DNA of 49,649 nt, the filler included, from Streblomastix strix (lineage: Eukaryota): the NCBI GenBank assembly GCA_008636045.1. It is 3 parts of 3 records of this genome, joined end to end, with 100 filler letters (N's around TTAATTAATTAA, not from the genome) between each part and the next. Parts side by side here need not be neighbours in the genome. Positions count along the whole stretch, not along the records: positions 33,176 to 49,649 come from SNRW01000804.1; 2 more parts are not named here. One strand, written 5' to 3'. Positions 40,245 through 49,649 of this stretch are shown piece by piece; the first letter of the stretch is position 1; every line of letters starts with the position of its first letter. The position numbers were made by a program, and so were the translations under genes. The notes beneath the pieces are model-generated. The model did not search any database and had not been told where the DNA came from. It was given only the letters and a program-made list of their open reading frames with translations.

Positions 40245-41029
40245 CTGAATTATTTATGAAAAAGCAATTATTAATAATTATCAAGTAATTAATTCGAGAT
40301 GATGTAAAAAATGTTATTTATTAGTGTTAATTTAGGATTGGAAAATTTCATATGAACTAAGTATGTTTAAATATATATTTATAATAGCTTGAATTTATAT
40401 TAATATGATTTTATTATTTGTTGAACATATATTTAAGTTGTTTGCAATCACAGCTCTTGCAATTTATTTGGTTTTAATGAATTATTTTGAATAAGACATT
40501 ATGAGCTGAAATTGAAATTGTTTTTGTAATATTTAGCACAAATAAATGAATAATGTAATAAAAGTTCAATTTTTGATAATGATTTTAATATCCAACTATA
40601 TTTTCAAACTTTAAACAAATAACGTTTGAAAAAGTTAGTTTTTGGAACATTTCCATAATAAATCATCGAACTTAGAAACACTGAAAAATAATGAATGTGA
40701 TGAATAAGGCTTTTATCCAAACGTCGATGCAGACAGCCGTTTTTTATTTTAATGTGAGATGCAAATTTCATTATCCAAACATTAATCTAAATTCCAATTA
40801 CAAAAATTATATCTTAATTGTTAATGTATAATCATCATAAATATAGCAATAATAAAGCTACAATTTCCTTTTTCAAATTTTTTGATTGACCAGCCATTAT
40901 TAAGGAATATCGAAATTCAATTACTCAATATATACTTCTCTGATTCTTAAATAATTTATCTTTCATGAACTGTTAAATGAAATAATCCATAACACCATTT
41001 ATTTTACATTGAATATATATTTTTTTTAG

Positions 41030-42898
41030 ATGGTTGAAATAGGCGATTTTCCTAATTTAGAACGCCCAAAAATTCTTGCAGATACTTAAATTCATTCTAA
41101 TATATCAAAATACTGGAGAAGATACTAGGAGAAAACATTATAATAAACCAATACACCTCGATATATTTCGTTTTCTAGCTCCACATCTTAAAACTATGAT
41201 TTTGCAGTAACATCATAGGGAAGCGTTGATATTTTTGATGGGCTGAGCTTTGAGGTTAAATATTCACTAAATCTACATTCTAGTTTGCCTCTTTATGCTA
41301 CTTTTCGATAAGACGGTCGTACAATAGCTGTTGGAACTGACCGAGGACATATTATTATATATGATTCTGGATCAAGAAAAAAATTGCGTGATTTGGGAGC
41401 AAATGGAGCATCTGTACGTGTTTTATAATATGTAATAGGTGGTAAGCTAATTGTAGCTGGTAAGGATGATGGTACAGTTTGTGTATATGCAGTAGATACG
41501 AATGAACTCATTGGTAGTATAAAAGGGCATAATGATTATATAAGATGCATATCTTGTCATAATTCCTAATCAATAATAGCTACAGGAAGTGATGATAAAT
41601 GTGTTTGTATTTGGAGAGTTACTGAAGGATAAACACAAGTCTTAACATTATTGAAGAGAATAACTCATAATGATCCTGTTAATTAAGTTCTTTTATTAGC
41701 AAATGGAACTGAATTAGTTTCTGCAGGTTAATAATATTTTATTTTTTAATTATTTTTTAATTATTTTTATTTCTAATCAGCATCCAACATGATATTCATA
41801 TGGGATATTCTGTCTGATGGAAAAGAGCCAATTTATGCCATTGAAGCACATTAGAAAACAGTTACAGGTTTAACATTGGTTGTTGATGGAAATAAAGAAT
41901 ATATTCTTTCTGGTAGTTTGGATGGTATTGTAAAAGTGCATTCTACAGTTGATCTTTCTTTAATTCACACATTTCATGTTCCTGGACCCATATCTGTTTT
42001 AACATCATCAGTAGACATGTCACAAAGAAAAACATCTCACATAGCCATTGGAACGTCAAATAATATAATTCAGATTATGGTTAAGAAACATTTATTTGAT
42101 GTTGAGAATAGGAATAAGATTGATAAATACGATGAAGAAAGATATGAAGATAGTTCAGAAGACGAAGAAGAGGTTATTAATGGAGGAATTAAATGGGAAA
42201 ATATAAATAAGGATCGTCGAGGAGGTATAATTGAACGTAGAATAGGATAAGAGCGTGTTGTTATATAGGATTCATTTACATCATTGCTCAGATCATTAGG
42301 AATTCATGCAGATTAAAAATAGGAAGAAATAAATTAGAAGTCATTGAGTGTGATTGATTCAACTCTTAATCTTAATGTAGCTGGATCACGAGATGATTAA
42401 TTGTTATTATCGACAGAAATTGTAGGAAGGGATAAAAATGTATAAAAAATATAAAGATTATCTCGTCCTGAACTTCTCCTAAAAGAGTTTTAACATTCAG
42501 AGTCACTTGCAGTCAGTCTTGAGACCAATCCTCAATAATATTAATTAGTATTTGCTGTTTTATTAGAATTGGAAAGACGTGGAGTCATGTTTAGTTCAAT
42601 TGAGTAATTGGCATAAAATGCGATTAATTCAGGATTGGGCCAAACACGATATGTCAGATTTTTAAAATTCTTAATTTAGCATTTATTTGAAACACTATAA
42701 AGCGGACAAATCAAAATTAGCAGTGTGATTCTTCATGCTATATCAATTACCGCAAAGGTAAGTGGTATAGTAGTTGGAATAAGCGAAGAAATAGATTAGA
42801 ATCTGATGTTACTTCGACATTTTGTTGATGAAGAGGAATAATTACAAACTGAGCTACTTCAACTTAATGGAATGGTGGACAATATTTTTTATGAGTGA
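41030..42898 (+). CDS. UTP15: U3 snoRNA-associated WD40 protein UTP15, 604 aa; intron 41727-41780
   Basis: KYWRRY, YDFAVTS, FRQDGRTIAVG, GHNDYIR, AHQKTVTGL, LSGSLDGIVKV, VLLELERRG, ELLQLNGMVD. Intact, single terminal TGA. Confidence 0.88.
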
Positions 42899-43079
42899 TA
42901 TTTATTGTATTATTTTAAATAAAATTTATGTTTCTACTATAATTTACCATCTCATGAGTTACAGAGTTTATTAATTAACAATAAATTACAAAATCAAAAT
43001 AATATTTAAATACATCTATAAATTTAACAAAATAAAAAATGAAAATTAATTTAAATTATTGACAATTAAAAGTCAATGT

Positions 43080-46000
43080 TCATTTATCAACGTTGTTTTG
43101 TTACTTTTCATATTGGATCATTTCTTCTTCAGTCAAATATTCATAAACATAGTCACTATCTTCCTCTTCATCATCAGTTATCAAGTTTTATTCTAAATAT
43201 GCTAACCCACTTGTTATCTCATTACTTCTATTAGTTTTATTCTCTATATTTTAAGAATCTGCAAATTATTGCTATATTTCTTTACTATTACTCTGTTTAA
43301 AAATTAAGTTTTAATTTTATTCTATCAACAAATCATATTAAGGTTATTATAATTTTTCATCATTTTCTTATTTCTAAGATTAATTACCAGTCTTAGTTGA
43401 TTCATATGAACTACTCTATTAAGACATTCGTTCTGATTGAGACAGTTCTAAAGAATCCATTGTTTCTGATGCAGCTAGAATGTGAGCAAGTTGATATTTA
43501 GATAACGATGATTAACTCAAATTATCCACCAATTTTTACTATTATTTGGAAGTTTATTATCCATTTGATTAGGAAGGAATATTCAGAAATGAATTACTAT
43601 TGTTATCAGATGCTTCAATTTTAAAATGCTCATTTTTTGTTTCAATTATTGGAGAAAGGGGAAATGAAATTTTTCTTCCTTAGATTGAAGGACCAACTGA
43701 ATTTTACATTGTTGAGCTGCTTTCTAACATTGAATTTGATATTTATACTGTAAGAGATTTTCTAAGAGATGATTTATTCACATTTTTTGATCCAACCAAC
43801 TATCCTGAATTTGATTATGTAAGAGAATGATTCAAAAACATTTATGAATTTGGTTCTTATTAAGTCATCGTATTATTGATTCTTTCCGTTTCCCTTTTTT
43901 TGTTTCCATTATTAACATCTATAACTTAATTTCCTTGTGGTGATTATTAACGAAGTAAATTAGGACTTTTCATTGATCCTGACAAAGAAGAAGATGACTA
44001 AGTTTGACTAGATTAGGATAATTTAGGTGATTAACTTATTGTAAGGCTGTTTTGATGGCTTGAATTTTCATCAGACTCATTTTTAGGAAATGGATCTTCA
44101 TCAGCTTCACAAGGAGTAGCAGGGGGAGTACTCATATGTCTATGTAAGGCAACTAAAATAATACTTTCATCACTTGATAGACTCTATTGCCGAAGTCTTC
44201 TGCTGCTTAATTCTTATTAGTTCATCACATTTATCAACATTCTATTGGCTGAATCATCTTCATTATCAACATGATCAAAATTCTCATTGTTGAAATCTTT
44301 TGTTTCATCTTCTATTTTATACTAATGTTTGGTCTGCAATTGATGAGCTATTTAATTTCTTTCTTATTTATAATAATAGCTTTCTTTTTATTAATTATCA
44401 GAATTTATTTCATATTAACGTATTGCAGAATTAGCTGAATATGTTGGTCTTTATTATTATATTTCTGTTAAAAAAGGATTCTCACTTTTTATCTAAAATA
44501 AATCATTTTATCTTTCTTATTCAACAGTCTGCTATTAATTAGATGATATAATATTTATCTTTTAGTCACTATTGTCTGGTTAATTCAATCCATTATGTTG
44601 TATTTAAAATCTTTATTTATCAAATTCATCATTCTAAAAATTAGTAGAGAAATTAGATTAATCATTTTATGAAGTTTAATTGGATTGATGATGATGGTTA
44701 TGAATTGATATTTATGATTAAGATAATTTAGTAATTGAATCAGATGATGAAGAAGAAGGAGGTTATGATTTAGTGTTCTTAGATTAATAACTAGTAGTCG
44801 AAAATTCTGTTGTTGATTCTACTGACTTTTCAGATGTTTATTATTCACTAATTTTAGAATGAGAAGATTGAGAAAGATTTTTTGAAGATTCTGTTTCAAA
44901 CTTCAAATTATGAATTTTGTTCTTTTATTAAGAATGGTTTGAATGTCTCTCTTAATTTATTCTATTCTTATCATCCTATAATGGCAAATGTGGAATGAGA
45001 GGGTTTTGTTTTTGTTATTTGTTGAATGAGTCGTGTCTTGATTCACTTGTCATGCTTACTCCACTTGTTCCTGTACTAATGAAACTATTACTGATTAAAT
45101 CAATCTCTGATTTGTCTTCAATTGAAAGATATGGAGATTGAGATCTCGAATGTGAAGTGGATTTTGGAGAAATAGAAGATGAAGATTTCTGAGTATTTAC
45201 TGGACTTGATTTTCTATTATTTGATTTCTATTTTCTTTTCTCATTAATGGCTTTGCTTTAACCATTAAGTTCCAGAGATGAGACATTTTCTGGTTTTAAA
45301 CTCTAAATTTGTTACTCATTATTATTTTATTTGTGTAAATGATCTGGTTAAGTTTCTTTCGTTTGCAATGGATTAAATAATTAATTATTTTATAATCTGT
45401 TAGAGTGATGATGATGATGATGTCGACGATGGCGATTATGCGGATTTTGTTTTTAAGTATTTTCAACATAAATTTCAATATTTGTATTTTATTTTTTTTT
45501 ATTTTTTTCTTACTATTTTTATAATTATTGTGCTGATGATTGTGATTCATAATTCTATATTATTGAATCCAAAATGTTTTACTTTGGTTCAAAAGTTTTT
45601 GTTTATGGTAAAAGCTATTCATTTGAATGAGCATTAGCCTATAAAGCAAATATTTCACGAAGAGCTAATTCAGAATTTCTAGAAATAATATTTGTATTTG
45701 CTCTTTATCTGGTATTGAATTGAGAATAACCATTATTAGCATCCGAAGAAGGAAATGCAAACTTCGTTTGAAGCTACTGATGTGAATGAAGCATTTAATA
45801 TGAAGATCCAGATGATTAACTTGATAAATCAATTTGTTCTTTTTAATTCTGTAAGAATTTTTATTACAATTAATAAATATTCATTGGAACTTGATTAGTT
45901 CCTCTTATTTCTTATTAATATTTATGATATTGTTCCATAAATTTAAAATATTTTTATAATTGTTATGAATTCATATGTTACAATATTTGAGAAAAAGGTA

Positions 46001-49000
46001 GAAAACGAGTTCCTGTAGGAAAGAATGTCTGAGATTTATCTGATGCGCTTGTCATATATGTAGACTGTGATATAGGAGATCTTGGTGACTCATCATTATC
46101 CATTGAAATTTGAGTTGTAAAATATTTCTCAACATCAAATGCATTAAGTGGAGAAGCACCAACTGTATTTTATTTATTAGGAATTAAAGTGCTAATCTTT
46201 AATTAAGATTTTTATTATTATTCAATCTTTTATTCATCTTTTTATTCAACCTTTAATAAAAACAATTATTCATCCAATTATTCATTTTCCTTCTATAATT
46301 TAGATTGTTATTAAATATTTGAAGTTTCAAATATCTTCTTTCCAAAATATTATTATTATAGATTTTATTATTAATGCATTTATTCTTAAACTTATGAATC
46401 TCCAGAAGGTGATAATATTTATTATCTGTTCGGATTATTAAATGATTGTTTGTCTAAAGAAGATATTATAGGAAGTTCAACTTATGAGAAATCAAGAATA
46501 TCAGATTTGAAGTCAGAAGCAAAATTATTTTCTATTGGAGCGGATTGTAAAATATCTTTTGTTTGATTTTACAATTATTAACTTTAATTATTAATTTATT
46601 ATTATTATGAATCAGAATTATTTTAGTTGATAAGAAGAGTTTATATTATTTATTTGTTCTGGTTTTGTGGTTGTTTAATTTATTAATTGCCTTTCATTAC
46701 TCTTTCATTCTCTATATTGTTTTAAAAAGAGGAAAATGGATCCATATTATTGTAGGACTGTGATCCATTTTCCAATTATCTAATTTCAGGCTATCATTCA
46801 ATTTAATTATCATGAATACTTTTTGTATTATTTAAATCTCCTTACATAGAATTAAACCAAAGAAAATATAAATTATTGACCTAATGGTCAACAAATTCAA
46901 AAAGCCATTTCCAAATAAAATTCAATAAAATTGATAGTCTTTTCTATCTAATTTATTCTAATTATGTGTTCATAAGTATTTCATTGTTTGAAATTAACAA
47001 ACTACCAATATCAATATCTTTACTCTATTCATTCTATTAATTAATAATATTTGCATATGAAAGTTATTTCTATCTTAATTATATTAACTAATTCAACATT
47101 GACATTTTATTCTTTGATTTATCATTGCTGTCTGGTGATTAATCAGATGTTTATAATTCAATTAGAGATGATAGTGATGATCCTGAAATTTAAGAGTTCT
47201 ACTAATTTGGTTGTGATTCTGGAATATTATCACGACTTCCTATTTATTTCCTTTTGTTATTTCTCAGTCGATTTCTCTTAATTCTTTTCATTCTATTTTT
47301 TAATTTGTTTTATGTACCATCTTAATATTTAACAATTTCTTCCAATTCTTTTAAATTCATAATTTAATATGGAAATAATAGTTTAAATCATTCTATGTTT
47401 GTTTTATTCATTTACTCATTTTCACTTGGTTATTCATTTTATTTCTCTTGAATATCATTTCCTTAATTGATATTTTTATCAATTAATTCTTAATATTAAT
47501 TCATGAATTAATTTAATCCTAAAAATAAATAAAAAATCCTTTAATCAATACATTCAAATATTCTTTCTTCTTATTCTTTTATTAATTATAACTTTTTAAA
47601 TGAATCTTCAGAGTAATCTCCTCTTTCATTAAGTCTCTATAAATTGGATGCTGATTTTGATTAATTTCCAATGGATGAATATGTTGACATATTTTAATAC
47701 TTTGGATACGTTTATTCTAATTCATCCCATTTTCCTTCTCGTTAAATCTTTTATATTGTCTTTGATACAATCGCTCTAATTCTTTTGTCTAATTTGGCAA
47801 TTTCTTTCTTTTCTTGTGATTAATTATGTTACTCTTTGATGTCTTTATCTTCTATTTATTAATTATTTACTTTTTATTATTTTAATTAAAGCGGATTATT
47901 CTATTATACTAGAACTTATTGTTCACTGTAAATTTAAACAGATTTTTATTGATTTTCATCTGCTATTTATCTTTTTATTTCTATAATCAATTCTTCTTTC
48001 ATTTGAATTGTAATTCCATTTAATATTTCATTAATAAGTTAAGGTTTAATTTAATTTATCTATTGTATAAATTCAACTTATATTTGTTTATTAATTTCTG
48101 TTTTGGAATTTTCTTTCTTATTTATTATTTATTCCATTTTTTCTTCTTAAATTTTCAATTTTTTCTTTGTTAATTTATTCATTTCATCCAGAATTTAATA
48201 AATTGATTTCTATGATTAATTAATAGCATCATTCATATGGTCTTACAATAATAAACGCTCCTATGTTAATTCATCTCGAAGTTCATCTAACTGTTATTCA
48301 ATTTAATCAAATAGTAATTATGAATCTGTTTGTTAAGATTAATCTTATTTTGGCATTTAAGAAGATTATGCAGTTAACTTTGATTATAACTGAGATAAAG
48401 TTTATTTCATATTTATAATTTCCGAATTTTAATTATCATTAATATATTGTTTCAAATTCTATAAAATCTGAGGATGTAAAGATTATAATTATTGTTATAA
48501 TTATTCTTTCATATGCTCAAATTCTTTTATTTTATCAATTTCTTTCTTATTGAAAGTGTCTTTTTATTTTATCACATCAATTTATTTTTGCATCTCTTTC
48601 TGTTTTTCGATTTCTTTCTTATTTTGCTATTATTGAAGTTCTAATTATTCTAATTAAACTTTTTCACATTTCATAATTCTCTCAGAAACACAATTTATTT
48701 AAGTAAAAATATTGTTTTCAATTGATATTTTTATTCTTTCTTCAACATTTTATACTTATTTTTCTGTTATCAAAGTTATGTCGTCTTTAATCTATTTTTT
48801 CATTTTTTCATTCTCTTATAATTGATTTGATGGTGCAAGTCATGCTTTCAATACTTTCTGTTCTTCACATAAATTTTAAATTTATTATTTTATTACATCA
48901 ATTTATTCATTTATTTCTCTCTAATATGTTAAAAACATAGAAAATGATATATTAATGAAAGTAAAAATAGATACCATTTGTTTCTCTTAAATAGACTATG

Positions 49001-49136
49001 TCTGAAGAATTTCTGGTGGTTCTCTTGAAGATTATTGTATAGAATTTTGAGGGGTAGAAGCACTCGCCACTCTAGGCGAGGAAGATTGATTGAATTGGGA
49101 AAGACGACGTGGAGTAATTTGCCCAAGCTAGGACAT
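43080..49136 (-). CDS. ~2000-codon Q/N/S-rich protein with N-terminal coiled coil; intron 48921-48974; three in-frame TGA
   Basis: Single frame from MSQLGQITPRR to ...QNNVDK* with no frameshift over 6 kb. Internal TGA at 48840-48842, 47388-47390 and 46794-46796. Confidence 0.8.
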
Positions 49137-49649
49137 CCTGAAAATTCATGAATATATTAGTTTAATTAGTGAAGGTTAAATAAACGATGTTTTTTTGATA
49201 ATAATTATATAGAAAAATAAACAATTTAGCCTAAAAATGTGCAAGAAATGAAAAATATTGTGATATTTCTTCCTACACAGTAAAAAATTATTTGCGTAAA
49301 ATAGTAAAATTTTATATAAATTAAAATATATAAATATTTACCAACGTTGTATGCAAGTTGAGTAAAACTTGTTTATAAAAAGTTAGATTTAAAACTTTAT
49401 GAATTTTCTAACAGTTTTATTGTAACCATGGCAATTTGGGGAAATTCTTGGGGAAAATTGACTTTTTTTTACTTCGAATTATCCCGCAAAAAAGGCTATT
49501 TTTTATTTGACGATAAAAAATTCATAGATGCCAAAAAAATTATCAGAAAATTTTTAGAGCCCAGTTTGCACGAGCTTGGGCCATTTTATTTACTGTGCGA
49601 CATCCAGCACGATTTATTACATTATAACAGTATAATTTTGCTAATATAA

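Noticed and set aside
4792..49649. Most ORFs in the supplied six-frame track
   Set aside because: They were computed with TAA/TAG as stops. They are either fragments of longer TAR=Gln genes (e.g. 6562, 6949, 8431, 13311, 36624, 41876) or antisense/off-frame shadows.
49428..49649. 73-aa ORF at the window end
   Set aside because: No recognisable motif, truncated, and cannot be distinguished from intergenic or repeat DNA.

Overview
The window is three unrelated, similarly sized contigs (1-16488, 16589-33075, 33176-49649) joined by artificial 100-nt N/TTAATTAATTAA/N linkers. The DNA is from a very AT-rich eukaryote that reads TAA/TAG as Gln, so the supplied standard-code ORF track is largely misleading; I translated by hand. 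The ~50-100-nt GT-AG introns, the code and an 'IENEGLMENVD' ARM-like motif suggest an oxymonad such as a Streblomastix relative (inference). Contig 1 is a decaying Maverick/Polinton-type endogenous virus: minor capsid, KilA-N split by a MITE, A32-like ATPase, protein-primed PolB with an embedded HNH, a free HNH, an integrase, a PrimPol-SF3 helicase and a four-copy intergenic repeat. Contig 2 holds degenerate or rearranged host sequence, including a HECT ligase relic between ~600-bp inverted repeats. Contig 3 has host genes: an ARM-like gene, a C9orf72-like gene, UTP15 and a ~2000-codon Q-rich gene. The most striking signal is that otherwise unbroken host genes carry internal in-frame TGA codons and also end in TGA, which would fit an ambiguous code with context-dependent UGA.
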